A stretch of DNA of 64,000 nt, from the NCBI GenBank assembly GCA_030390025.1, contig CM059429.1, positions 20,460,001 through 20,524,000 on the forward strand, in the 5' to 3' direction. The DNA comes from Squalus acanthias (lineage: Eukaryota). Every line of letters starts with the position of its first letter. Position 1 is the stretch's first letter. The notes beneath the pieces were generated by a model, which was not told where the DNA came from, searched no databases, and worked only from the letters and a program-made list of their open reading frames with translations. The position numbers and the translations under genes were made by a program. Shown one piece after another: positions 41,045 through 53,569 of the stretch.

Positions 41045-43330
41045 TATGTGTGTAAATTTCAGTGATCAGCACTTTTGCTGGTGTATTAACTCATTTTGGA
41101 ATAGGAGAACCCAGCACTCAGGAGGCTGAATTTAGCAGTAGGGTCCTTAAACAGGCGTAGGACCCTCATACATATTCATTAGTTCCCACCAGTTTCAGGT
41201 CGGCCCCCAGGACGACTAAAATGTGCCCGACTCAATATGGCATTAGGCGAACTTCCAGTGCAGATCACACAAGAGATCACGCAAAATTCGGAGGAGTAAC
41301 ACCCATTTTACAGGCTCAAGGGCGGCCGTAAGTTAAATTTCTCCCCCAATGTAATTTTTTTGTTTTCTCTCCTTCACACACACCAAATTTACTTTACAAC
41401 AGATATGTATATCACCCACAGTAATGCAACTTTCAAGAAAATTCTATCTTTAGTACATGCTATTCAACACACGACAGTGATGCACAAGCAGACATATGAG
41501 GCAATTTAGTAGGGGGTCTTTCAACCCTTGCTAAAAATAAGGTAATACCACATTTAATAGATTACATGTCGAATGCTCAAGACATAGCACAGGAAAACTA
41601 TCACCTTAAACCACAGACTGAAAATGAGGCCCAATACGTGTTTCAATTTAAGTCTGAATTGTACATATTTACCAAGTGTTTTTTTTTGAAAGCCAGTAGT
41701 AAATCCTATTGTTTTATAGAAAAACTGGTTAAAAAGTACAAATGACCACTAGATTTAAAAAGAGACGTTTTTCTTGAAAAGATTTTGCAGAACCTATCTC
41801 TATGAGATATTCTTTCTAAAGGGATGAGCCAAAGTACTAATGGAGTGCAATAATTCAGCAGGGTAAGGATTGAAGCAAGAGGATCATAATTTATTGTGTA
41901 ACTCTACTTGCTCGGTGGGTTATTACAGACGGGGCATTATATATGAAACTGTATGGAGTCCCTGTTTATTCAGCAAAATGATTGCATAAGCGGCAGAGAC
42001 AGTTGTTTTGGAAAATTCAATGTAGATTTACTGGTGTAATTAATTGTGCAGAATTTCTGTTTCGTCAACATTGCAAGTGGCAGAAACAGTACTTGTTATG
42101 TAACTGTCCAGGACCCTGTTTATTCAGCAGAGTAAGGGTTCAAGAGCTAGAGATAGTATTTGTTGTGCTAACTGTATGGAGTTGCTGTTCATTCCAGAAG
42201 GGAAGGATTAATCAATGGTCTGTACTTGCTAATGTTACACAAAATCTACATTGATTCGTCTGTAAACATCTGGAACTGCAGCCAAATTAAATAAGTAATA
42301 TTTTTCCACGAATTCTACCTCACTTTTAGTTATGCTGTGCTCGCACAAAAAATGATGTGGAAAATCCTATTTAGTTACCATTTCAAATAGACCTTTCACT
42401 GTTTATTAGTTTAGTTGCAAGTGCTATATTAGCCATATAGGTCACTGCGGCTTAGTCTGGGGCAGAGATGAAGGTTTTTCCCTTTTAGTTTGAAGCCAGT
42501 TTAAAAAAACTGGCAAGTCTTATTTCCTTTGATGAGGGAAAGGTTTTTTAAAAAAACTTATTTTACTATAATAGGATATACCTGTGATTAAACACAACAA
42601 ATTTACCAAAAACGTTGAAAAGTTTTTTTTTTAAACTTTTCTTTCTCTGTCTTTGCTCTCCCAACCCATACGCTACCCACAATCAAGCGGGTAAACAGGC
42701 AACCTCCTCCCGCCTGTACCTGTGCTCTTCTTTGAACTGCCACTGAGGAGTGCACCAGAGCAGCCAGTGGAGAGCTGTTTGGCTTCTGTTTTGTGCTTCC
42801 CCAGAACAGCCTGGCCGAGATCAATAATTCACTGTTTGGGTAGTCGTGGTTATGAACCTATATTCTATCATTTGCAGCATATTGCTGTTCAAAAGTCAGT
42901 CTACTAGAATATATTCTAATGTGCGATGCCGTGAGTATTTAGCTAGCTTATTTACTCATCTACACATTGCATAATCCACATTTTAAATGTGGAGTTTTAT
43001 AAATGAAACTGGAGGAAAGGGTCTATAAAAATTATGTCATCGGTTAATAATTACACAGCACGGGCAGGATAGCAACAGCATGTTTATGTACTACTCTATT
43101 CTGCCTCAGAGCCAGACCACAGCTCTTCTTTTCATTTCTAGCCCCCGGCCCTTTCAAAATGATTCACCTTATATTAGGTTTCCAATTATAGTGGAACTGT
43201 CCCGGGACAGAGCTTGTTGGAAGCAAAGCACTTTCTCAAGGATAAATAAGAAGCAGGTAAAGGCACGTCAACTGATGCGCCTAACATTCACAAGAGAGTC
43301 AATAGAAGAGATACAGCAGAAGGTCACCTA

Positions 43331-43862
<532 letters not shown>

Positions 43863-44099
43863 TCACGATGACGTTTAGGGCAGAGGGCGTCTGTCAAAGA
43901 GGAGACATAACAGTGCTTCAGAATGGAACACTTTCCTCTTGGCACACCCAATGTAAACATCATAAACCTCTAAATCAGCTATAACACGTGTCAGATGCAA
44001 AGTAAAGCTGTCGCTGCTCTGCTTCAATAATGTACTTTAACCCCATCCCCAAGAAGAACATCTTTATTTTACCGATTTAACCTTTCTGTTGTTTCCATA

Positions 44100-44415
44100 C
44101 AGAATCACAGAATCCCCACAGTGCAGATAGAGGCCATTTCGGCCCATCGAGCCTGCACTGACACATATCCCACCCTATCCCCGTAACCCCACGTATTTAA
44201 TCCCCCTAACACTAAGGGTCAATTTATCATAGCCAAATCAACCTAACCCGCACATCTTTGGACTGTGGGAGGAAACCGGAGCACCCGGAGGAAACCCACG
44301 CAGACACGGGGAGAATGTGCAAACTCCACACAGACAGTCATCCGGGGCCGGATTCGAACCCGGGTCCCTGGCGCTGTGAGGTAACAGTGCTAACCACTAT
44401 GCCGCCGTGTTGCCC
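44100..44415 (-). mobile_element. HE1-like (V-SINE) tRNA-derived SINE
   Basis: tRNA-like head with B box GGTTCGAATCC; V-domain TGTGTGGAGTTTGCACATTCTCCCCGTGTCTGCGTGGGTTTCCTCCGGGTGCTCCGGTTTCCTCCCAC; CR1-like tail. Confidence 0.88.
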
Positions 44416-44569
44416 CATACCCTTATGGCTTCTCTTGAGCAAGGTTGCTAATCGAGGCAGGTCTCTGCCATGAACTTGAATGTCTTCGAGTGGTAGTTTC
44501 ACACTCATGGACAATGTACAGAACTGAAGCAGCAAGAGCGGCCCCTCTTTCAACACAGAGCTTGAAAAT

Positions 44570-44885
44570 GATCACCCCTGTGCTCGCTAACCAGCATTGG
44601 CTCCCAGTCCCGCATCGCCTCAAATTTAAAATTTTCATCCTCGTGTTCAAATCCCTCCAGGGCCTCACTCCTCCATATCTCTCTAACCTCCTCCAGCCTT
44701 ACAGCGCTCCGAGAACTCTGCGATCCTCCAATTCTGGCCTCTTGTGCACCCCCGATTTCCTTCGGCCCGCCATTAGCGGCCGTGCCTTCAGCTGCCTAGG
44801 CGCCAAGCATTGGAATTCCCTCCTATGAAGCGCCTCGGAACATTTTACTACATTAAAGGCTGGGTATAAACGCAAGCTGTTGTTA
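44570..44885 (+). mobile_element. L2-clade LINE 3' fragment
   Basis: ITPVLANQHWLPVPHRLKFKIFILVFKSL..WNSL, then a tail ending ATAAACGCAAGCTGTGTT. Confidence 0.85.
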
Positions 44886-46059
44886 TTTTGCTCTATGACT
44901 AACTCATGAGAGAAGTAGACTCTGTGCTAAGACAGCTTCATGTTCAATACTTTGTCATGGCTATTCCAGATGATGGTTAGTCTGAAAGACATGAAAGGCA
45001 AATTAAATAAAAGAGAAGAGTTAAGCAACCATCTGTGCTTGTAGCAATGCATATATCTTAAATTATAAATGAAATTATCCTCATGTTTGTAGTCCAAACA
45101 GAAAATACAATGGGCAGCAGGTAATAATAAACTTTATTCCACTCATAAGGCACACATTTTCAACTCATGTGTGTCTATGTTAACCACACCTTATAAGGTC
45201 TTCCTTATTTGTGGAATAAACAATTTCTTCTGCTGCTCCTGGTTGTGCATTCTATGTGTATAATGTGCTCTAATTGAGTTTATAATTTGACTACCCACTG
45301 AAAAAAAAATCCTTTAGTCTAACCTCCTTCAAACCATGTGATAGCAGTATTCAGTAGCGATGCCACAATACTTTCTCACAGCCCTTAATTAAATTCATCT
45401 CAGTCAGTGCTGCTTTTAACCAGCAGTAATATTTTTCATTTGACTGATATTTTATTTTAAAAGTTAACAGAGGGTAGAGTGAGCAATAGGCTGACATTTA
45501 ATTTCAACATTCAAATGCCACCCACAGAACACTGAAACTTTGCTCATATAGTTTATGCCATCATCAATACTTAGCTTGTATTAAACCCTCAGACGACTGC
45601 TAGCTCCAGGGAATTGGAGGCTCCTTCGACCACCCATCGTGATCAGATTTATACCGTAATGTGAGGTTTTTTCAGCAATAAAGCTACACATGTCGGAAGC
45701 AGCTTTATTATCGACTCACACACACGAGTCAATCTTCCTTGCTAGTTGAGATTGTAAATGGTTCCCTCTCCTCAGGCAATTTCCCTCTTGTTTTTAAAAC
45801 TGCATCATCACAAAACTAATGCTACAGCACCAGCAATGAAGAGAGGCAGGAGGGTGTGATTACAGCGTGACAAGTTTATACAGATAAGCCAAAATTTTAT
45901 ATTAGAATCATAGAATCATGGAATGATACAGCACAGAAGAAAGCCATTCGACATGTGCCGGCTCTTTGAAAGAGTTACCCAATTAGACCCACTCCCCTGC
46001 TTTTTCCCCCATAGCCCTGCAAAAATGTTCCTCTTCAAGTACTTATCCAAATCCCTTAT

Positions 46060-47130
46060 CTTGGAGGCTGGTAGGGAGCAGGGGTGGAGGGTGGGGTGTT
46101 GCAATGTGATCGGGAAACCCGGGAGAACAGGTTTCCCTCAGGCCCTGCCGAATTTAACCGCAGGGCCTGATTAACATTTAGCTTGTCAGTTTCCCGCCCA
46201 CATCCAGCCAGATGGAGAGGCTGGCTGGCTGTCGGGCGGGTAAGGCTGCAGAGACGAGAGGGAGATATCGGGCGGGGTGGTGGTGGGGCGGGGGAAATCG
46301 GATGATGGCGATCGTAGAGGGGTTGAAGGATGGAGATCACGGAGGTCTAGGAAGGTGGAGATCGTGGAGGTCTCGAAGCATGGTGATCGTGGAGGGCTCG
46401 AAGCATGGCGATCGTGGAGGGCTCGAAGCATGGCGATCGTGGAGGGCTCGAAGCATGGCGATCGTGGAGGGCTCGAAGCATGGCGATCGTGGAGGGCTCG
46501 AAGCATGGCGATCGTGGAGAGCTCGAAGCATGGCGATCGTGGAGGGCTCGAAGCATGGCGATCGTGGAGGGCTCGAAGCATGGCGATCGTGGAGGGCTCG
46601 AAGCATGGCGATCGTGGAGGGCTCGAAGCATGGCGATCGTGGAGGGCTCGAAGCATGGCGATCGTGGAGGGCTCGAAGCATGGCGATCGTGGAGGGCTCG
46701 AAGCATGGCGATCGTGGAGGGCTCGAAGCATGGCGATCGTGGAGGGCTCGAAGCATGGCGATCGTGGAGGGCTCGGAAGCATGGCGATCGTGGAGGGCTC
46801 GAAGCATGGCGATCGTGGAGGGCTCGGAAGCATGGCGATCGTGGAGGGCTCGAAGCATGGCGATCGTGGAGGGCTCGAAGCATGGCGATCGTGGAGGGCT
46901 CGGAAGGATGGAAGTTGGGGCGGGGGGAGGGCGAAGGCCGGATCGTAGGCCAGAGGGGGTCGAGGGCTGGGGATCGGAGGCTGGCGTACTCGTGGGGTGG
47001 GGGTGGGGGGTCAGGGAGCAGAGTGGTGGGGTCAGGGGGTGTGCGATCACGGGGGGTTGGCGAGGCAGGAACTCTGGATCCAGCAGGTAAGTGGAGAAGC
47101 ACGTACCTCCTGATCCAGCAGTCCTCGCCT
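46060..47130. mobile_element. Truncated GC-rich non-autonomous element hosting the 25-bp minisatellite
   Basis: GC-rich with repeated CGATCG/GGATCG motifs like the inner 55925 element; no intact TIR pair seen. Confidence 0.4.
46380..46906. repeat. Minisatellite, 21 copies of the 25-bp unit ATGGCGATCGTGGAGGGCTCGAAGC
   Basis: Near-identical head-to-tail units without spacers; a few single-G insertions and substitutions; degenerate units at 46305-46379. Confidence 0.97.
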
Positions 47131-47265
47131 TCTCTGTGTTTATATTGTGAATTCTGGGAGATTCTCTCACTGCTACCCTACCTGAGGAAGGAGCGAACCG
47201 CTCCGAAAGCTTGTAAAATTAAATAAATCTGTTGGACTATAACCTGGTGTTGTGCGACTTCTCAT
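47131..47265 (+). mobile_element. Penelope-like element terminal fragment
   Basis: CCTGAGGAAGGAGCG..CGCTCCGAAAGCTTG...AATAAATCTGTTGGACTATAACCTGGTGTTGTG, a terminus pattern I recognise from vertebrate Penelope-like elements. Confidence 0.7.
47179..47215 (+). ncRNA. Minimal type I hammerhead ribozyme motif
   Basis: Core CUGAGGA (47182-47188), stem II GGAGCG/CGCUCC with AAC loop, GAAA (47205-47208), palindromic AAGCUU in place of stem III, 3-bp stem I UAC/GUA. Confidence 0.65.
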
Positions 47266-47748
47266 TTTTTTCCTTTAATTAAGCAGTGAGGGAAATCAAT
47301 TAATCAATTAATCACTCCAAATATTTCTTGAAAATCCTTTCAGCTGCCATCTTGGATTCTAGCTACATTGATAAAATAATTACTGGGAAAAAACAAACCA
47401 AAGAAATACAAAATTTATAAAATTAATCTCATCAGTGCAGTGCATTTTGTGTGTTTAAAATGTTCTCTGTTGAAGGCCTGTGCCTTTCTGAGAATCCTGG
47501 GGCATATCACTCTCAGCTGTAGAGACGCAAGGTGACAGTTTTCTACAGCTCATGATAAGCATCTGTCCCTACAATGCCCAGAATTTATTGAGACTGGCAA
47601 ATCAAAGACTAGCTGGACTATATTTTCCACTTTTGCAGATGTGAGGCACATCTCCAGCATGGTGGGGCTTCCACCCCGCTAAAAGTTAATCTCTTGACCC
47701 CAGCTATTCTTTCAGGTTTGCAGTCATCCACATATTGAACATATGCAC

Positions 47749-47993
47749 TGTTGTGGAGTATTTTAACACTCGACACAAGGTTTTCAGATCGATAATCAAG
47801 TCGTCTTTATTACACCGGTGGGGAGACAGTCTGCTCTGTCTTAGCCAGACTTCTCCAAATTGTTACAGCAAACACTACATTTTTATACATTAAAATAAGC
47901 ATGTCTGGCTCATGCTAAATTCATTCCTGCAACCTGATTGGATCTTGGCCCACATGCACCTTCACGGATTGGTTACAAATCTTAATATAAACA
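47749..47993 (-). mobile_element. Possible solo LTR, about 245 bp
   Basis: TGTT...AACA ends; on the minus strand CCAAT boxes, GTATAAA and AATAAA occur in LTR order; TSD not clean (TGCAC/TGTGT). Confidence 0.5.
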
Positions 47994-48264
47994 TGTGTAA
48001 GCTGCCTCCTCAATCAGTCACTCAAACTGCTGAATGCTAATTAAAAGATACCTTGGAATGTGACCTCGGTAATAAAGCTGTTAAAGGCAGTTGAAATGCT
48101 GGACATCCTGTCTCCATTTAATCGCTTTTTATTTCTCTTCAAAAGGTCAGCTATCTTGACCGTATCTTTATGGATGTGGTCTTTCATGTTAGCCCCTGTC
48201 TTTCTTACACCATTCAGTGAAACTGCCAGCGATGTCATTTTAACTCTTTCCCCACTGCATGCAC

Positions 48265-48720
48265 CAAGTCCCGTTTACTCATCGCCCCTGTGCTCACTGA
48301 CCTACATTGGCTCCTGGTCCACCAACGCCTCAAGTTTAAAATCGTCATGTTTGTTTTCAAATCCAGCCATGGCCTCGCCCCTCGCTATCTCTGTAACCTC
48401 CTCCAGCCCTACAACCCTCCAAGAACTCTGCGTTCCTCCAACTCTGGCCTCTTGTGCATCCTCCACTGCCTTCGCCACAGCATTGGTGGCCATGGCTTCA
48501 GCCGTCTAGACCCTAAGCTCTGGAATTCCCTCACTACACCTCTCCGCCTCTCCACATCTCCCTCCTCCTTTAAGACGCTCCTTAAAACCTATCACCCATC
48601 CTAATAAATCCTTCTTTGGCTCGGTATCAATTTTTGTCTGATTATGCTCCTATGAAGCGCCTCGAGTTGTTTTACTACATTAAAGGCGTTATATCAACGC
48701 AAGTTATTGTTGTTGTTGTT
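48265..48720 (+). mobile_element. L2-clade LINE 3' fragment
   Basis: LTDLHWLLVHQRLKFKI..LWNSL..FKTLLKTY and a (TTG)n tail. Confidence 0.85.
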
Positions 48721-48974
48721 TTGTAGGCGGACTCACCAATGGAGGCTAGATAGTCTGAGCAGAGTGGAGGCACAGTTTAATAGCAGCAGGCCTTGGAGAT
48801 CATGCTTAGAGTAATGGTTCCAGCAACCTCCGAGCTGATGGTGAAAGTTTGGAAAGTTCTCCAAATATATTTGAACTCCCCCTTTGGCCTGTGCTATTGT
48901 TCGTTCAAGATCAATCGGACAGGCTTTCCAGCTGAAAGAAACTCAATTCCCTCCCTCTGTCACCATAGCAACGG

Positions 48975-49225
48975 TAGAGGGGTAGAGGGAGAAGCACTGA
49001 GATGAGGGGAGGAAAGAGAGCAGAGAGAGGCAGGGAGGGAGAAGAATAAGGGAAGGGCAAAGGGCAGAAGAGGAGAGTAGGAATGGGGTGGAAGGAAAGG
49101 GGAGGTGAGCAGAGGGGGAAATGGAGGGGAGGGAGGAGGGGGTAAAGGTGAGGAGAGGAGGTGAAGGGTCAAAGAAGCGCGAGGGAGGGGAAGAGAAACA
49201 GCACATAGGAAGGAGGCGGGGGTAA
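48975..49225. repeat. GA-rich low-complexity tract
   Basis: About 250 bp of mostly G and A on the + strand. Confidence 0.85.
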
Positions 49226-49614
49226 AGGGTGTTTGGACGATTAGCAAAATAATTTTTCAGCATCAGGTATGGTGCATGGCTGTGGAATAATGCAGCTGAT
49301 AACCGAAACCCAAATGCGCCTGGAGTCCAGTGATGGACAACAGCAATTACCTCACAAACTGTGGTCACAGAGTATGAACATCTGCCCAAAGTAACAAAGC
49401 TCTAGGAGACCAAAGAAAGTGACAAAAACATTGCTTCAGCAAGAATAGGTATAGAATTTTGTTGCAGCACCCAAGAGACTCATTATGCTCCTTCAGTTCA
49501 GTTGATCTATAATGAACCAGTCACATCCATGATGAAGTACACCATGACATTATTGCACTACAATCCTCTTGTATTATCACATAATTGGAAGTCTTTAATA
49601 AGGAAATTTTATTT

Positions 49615-49712
49615 ATGATGAAAAGTCATCGACCGGAAACGTTAACTCCGTTTCTCTCTCCACCGGTGGTGCCTGACCTGCTGAGTGTTTCCAGCATTTT
49701 CTGTTTTTATTT
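49615..49712 (+). mobile_element. Second Penelope-like terminal fragment with a degenerate hammerhead core
   Basis: ATGATGAAAAGTCATCGACCGGAAACGTTAAC...GCCTGACCTGCTGAGTGTTTCCAGCATTTTCTG; the core C is replaced by A. Confidence 0.65.
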
Positions 49713-49849
49713 AATATTTCCAGTACTTTGCTTAAATTTTATTTCCTTATTAAAAATTGAATTAAATGGGGGGGGGAAAACTAAATATTTACAATCTATA
49801 TAGTGCAAGATTGTGTGTAATTCACTGTAATGAATGACCAAAAGAAAAA

Positions 49850-50301
49850 GATATAGCACCTTCCACATACTCAGGACACCCCAAAGCGCTTTACAGTCAA
49901 TGAAGTACTTTTGAAGTGTAGTCACTGTTGTAATGTTGGAAACACAGCAGCCAATCTGCGCACAGCAAGCTCCCACAAACAACAACGTGATAATGACCAG
50001 ATAATCTGTTTTTAATTATGTTGATTGAGGGATAAATGTTGGCCAGGGCACCGGGGATAACTCCTCTGCTCTTCTTCAAAATAACGCCATGGGATCTTTT
50101 ACATCCACCCGAGAGAGCAGACGGGGCCTCAGTCGAACATCTCATCCGAAAGACGGCACCTCTGACAATGCAGCACTCCCTCAGTACTGCACTGGAATGT
50201 CAGCCTGGATTTTTGTGCCTCAAGTCTCATGGAGTGGGACTTGAACCCACAAGCTTCTGACTCAGAGGCGAGAGTGCCACCCACTGAGCCACAGCTGACG
50301 C
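49850..50301 (-). mobile_element. SacSINE1-like SINE
   Basis: Same consensus. Confidence 0.9.
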
Positions 50302-51133
50302 CATGTCCTATGAGGTAGGTCATACTCTGAGAGACACCAGGTCATATGATGCTAACTTAATGAAGAACTTGTGACATCAAATCTGCCAGCTGTCAATGTT
50401 AGTAATGAAAAAAGGTCAACAATTCACTATCTGAATATTCTAAATAATACTGCCGGCTCCCTATGAATTACAGGCAGCAATCGAATCCTGAAATTCAGCT
50501 GATGATAAACCAGGTAAGATTTGCTCCCTAATTTTTGATGTCATCTGAATCTCTCCATTGGATTGCTGTCTTGTCATTCGCTGACACATCCAGTGCCCCT
50601 GCACACAGCAGTTTATTCAGCTACTGCGGACTAAAACATTTATAAGATGCACATAGCTGAAATGCTACCCTTTCATCACTGTCACACCGCCTCTCGGCTG
50701 CATAAACACAAACAGAAAACGTTCTTTCACGTCAACTATTCATTATGTTATTGTACACACCATTTGTTATTGGATACAACGTTTACGACTAGAATTCAAT
50801 CCTGGTGTTCAGAGGATCTTCCTAAACCTTCAGTGTTGCTGCCTACCTGGTTCATGATCAGCAATCTATCCTATTATACATGCTGCAATGAACTACTCAG
50901 GGAAATTCCCTTCATAATGAAAAGCAAGAATGCTTGGCTTTTTTTCTCCATAGCTAATTTCTCAGAAATCACACATGTGGAAGCCACAGATGCCAGGGGT
51001 TTCATTAGCAGGTCGTTAATTGCAGACTTTCACCCAAATGTTCCTGAAATGAGGAACTCCACCTCCCTCCCTGTGTGCCAGCCAAGGGACACTCGGGCAC
51101 TGAGACTGGCTGTTGCAGGGCAGCCCATGCTCA

Positions 51134-51349
<216 letters not shown>

Positions 51350-51478
51350 TCACAGCGGCAGCAGCCTGGTCATGGTCGCGGTACCGCCCGGAGCCTGCAG
51401 GCTGCAGCCTGGCTCCTCAGCCCCGGCACTGCCCTCTGAGCTGCACACCCACACCCAACTCCCTCTCCTAGTTTGCAT
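51350..51478 (-). promoter_or_regulatory. Upstream ORF in the putative TRPC1 5' leader (ATGs at 51478 and 51373, shared TGA at 51352-51350), same frame as the main CDS
   Basis: Reads MQTRRGSWVWVCSSEGSAGAEEPGCSLQAPGGTATMTRLLPL*; the second ATG is in GCGACCATGA context; stop lies 21 nt before the main ATG. Transcription start is not known. Confidence 0.6.
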
Positions 51479-51585
51479 TGAGCGAATTTATGGTTTTTTT
51501 CTTGTTCGGCTTCCCGGAGAAGACGTCCCCAACAGCAAGAATTTGAAGCACACTTGAATTTGTTTTTCTTATCAGAGCCAAAGCG

Positions 51586-51620
51586 ATGACGGATTCAGCG
51601 TGTGGCTGTGCGCATGGGCA
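51586..51620. promoter_or_regulatory. Candidate TRPC1 proximal promoter motifs: NRF1-like TGCGCATGGGCA (51609-51620) and a TGACG half-site
   Basis: One mismatch from the NRF1 palindrome TGCGCATGCGCA, about 290 bp upstream of the ATG; motif match only. Confidence 0.3.
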
Positions 51621-51624
51621 TTCT

Positions 51625-52035
51625 GACTGTCTCTCTCTTTCTCTCTCGTTGTCTCTCTTCCTCTTTCTTTCTCCCTCTTTCTTTTTCCCTGCTCCCTTTC
51701 TTTTTATCTTTCTTTCTCAGGCTCTTTCTCTTCTCTTCCTCTCTTTCTTTCTCCCCTCCTCCCTTTCTTTTTCTCTCTTTCTCAGTTTCTTTCACTTCTT
51801 TCTCCCTCTATTGCTCTTTCTGTCTCTCTCTTTTCCTCTCTTTCTTTATCTCTCTCTTTTTCTTCCTCTTTTCTCTTTCTTTCTCAGTCTCTTTTTCTCC
51901 CTCTATTGCTCTTTCTGCCTCTTTCTCTTTTCCTCTCTATCTCTCTTTTTCTCCCTCTCTATCGCTCTTTCTGTCTCTTTCATTCTCTCTACTTTCTTTC
52001 GCTCTCTTTCTCTCTTTGCCAATCTCTCCTCTCTA
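51625..52035. repeat. About 410-bp CT-rich polypyrimidine/polypurine low-complexity tract
   Basis: Almost entirely C and T on the + strand, with imperfect (CT)n and (CTTT)n runs. Confidence 0.95.
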
Positions 52036-52911
52036 GAGGTGCATCAAAATTATTCTTTTTTGTTGAAAACCCAAATGTTTGCCTCAAGTTACTGAAAGAT
52101 TCCCATTGCTTTTAAATTTTTGTTATCTTTAACCAGACCGCGGTGGAATGAATGCTCTCCATTTCGTTCTGATCCTCCAGTTAATCCAGACACTTCTTAA
52201 TGTTTAGGCAAATCCCTATAAAATGGAGGGTTAGGCCCATAAAATAGAATTTTTTTTGTTAGTCATTCATGTAAAATGCACAATATGTTTCATGTGGAGC
52301 AATGGTTGAATTATGAGTCAGTAATTCACTCAAGCACTTCCAATCATATAAACCCAAGAGAATTAAGGCAAAGTTTTAAGCGCATCAGAAAAACACAAGG
52401 CTGTAAATAAAGTTTTAAAATTTTTATTTCTTCCTCAAGCAACATCACCAAAAACATAACGAATGGCAATGATTTCACTTCAAAATTAATTAACTGTATG
52501 TAAAGTGCTTTGAGATGTTTCTGAGCAGTGTGGTGAAGCACTATATAAATGGAAGTCTTTATTTTTAAACATTTGCCCTGAAGCTGAATGAACTCTACAT
52601 TCCTTTCAGAATTAAAAGGGCTGCAGCTTCTGTTATAAATTGCAGTGGAATGTCCAATTTACTGCAGGTATTTCAAAGAATATTTAAATAAATAAATATT
52701 TCAAAGCCACTACCGGACAGTTATTCCTTATAAATGTCTATCATTTAGTTTAAAACTTTTTTTTGTTTTCTTTCACTTATATGGCAGTTGTAACATAGAA
52801 GAGAAGCAGCTGCAGGTCTGTGTTACCATGATTTTCCTTGGCAGCAGAATATGAGAAAATATATTTATACACTATGTAAATATGACAGAAAGAAAATGCT
52901 AACAGATTGCA

Positions 52912-53420
52912 TAAACTCTGCTGCCCGTATCCTAACTTGCACCAAGTCCCGTTCATCCATCACCCCTGTGCTCGCTGACCTACATTGGCTCCCGGTCCGG
53001 CAATGCTTCGATTTTAAAATTCTCATCCTTGTTTTCAAATCCCAACATGACCTCGCCCCTCCCTATCTCTGTCACCTCCTCCAGCCCTACAACCCTTAAC
53101 GATCTCTTTACTCCTCTAATTCTGGCCTCTTGTGTATCCCCGATTTTAATCGCTCCACTATTGGCAGCCGTGCCTTCAGTTGTCGGGGCCCTTAGGCTCT
53201 GGAATACCTTCCCTAAGCCTCTCCGCCTCTCTAACTCGCTCTCCTCCTTTAAGATGCTCCATAAAACCTACCTTTTTGACCAAGCTTTTGGTCACCTGTC
53301 CTAATATCTCCTTATGTGGCTTGGTGTCAAATTTTGTCTGATAACGCTCCTGTGAAGCACCTTGGGATGTTTTACTATGTTAAAGGTGCTATATAAACGC
53401 AAGTTGTTGTTTGTTGTTGC
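52912..53420 (+). mobile_element. L2-clade LINE 3' fragment
   Basis: NSAARILTCTKSRSSITPVLADLHWLPV..KTYLFDQAF and a (TTG)n tail. Confidence 0.88.
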
Positions 53421-53569
53421 AGGGTAACATGATTGGGGTGTATTACATAGCAAAGCTTGAGCTGTAAGTTATCATGATCAGAACATTGTGGTTTGATATA
53501 TTCTTGATATACATTCCAACCTGCATTCTATCTAACACATGTGAATCTATGTAATGAATGCATGCAATT

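Noticed and set aside
46186-47226. Six long ORFs (215-292 aa) over the tandem array; also considered as a CRISPR array
   Set aside because: The ORFs arise from a stop-free 25-bp unit. The units are contiguous with no unique spacers, there are no cas genes, and the context is a vertebrate intron.
51586-52115. L/S/F-rich and E/R/K-rich ORFs
   Set aside because: Translations of the CT low-complexity tract.
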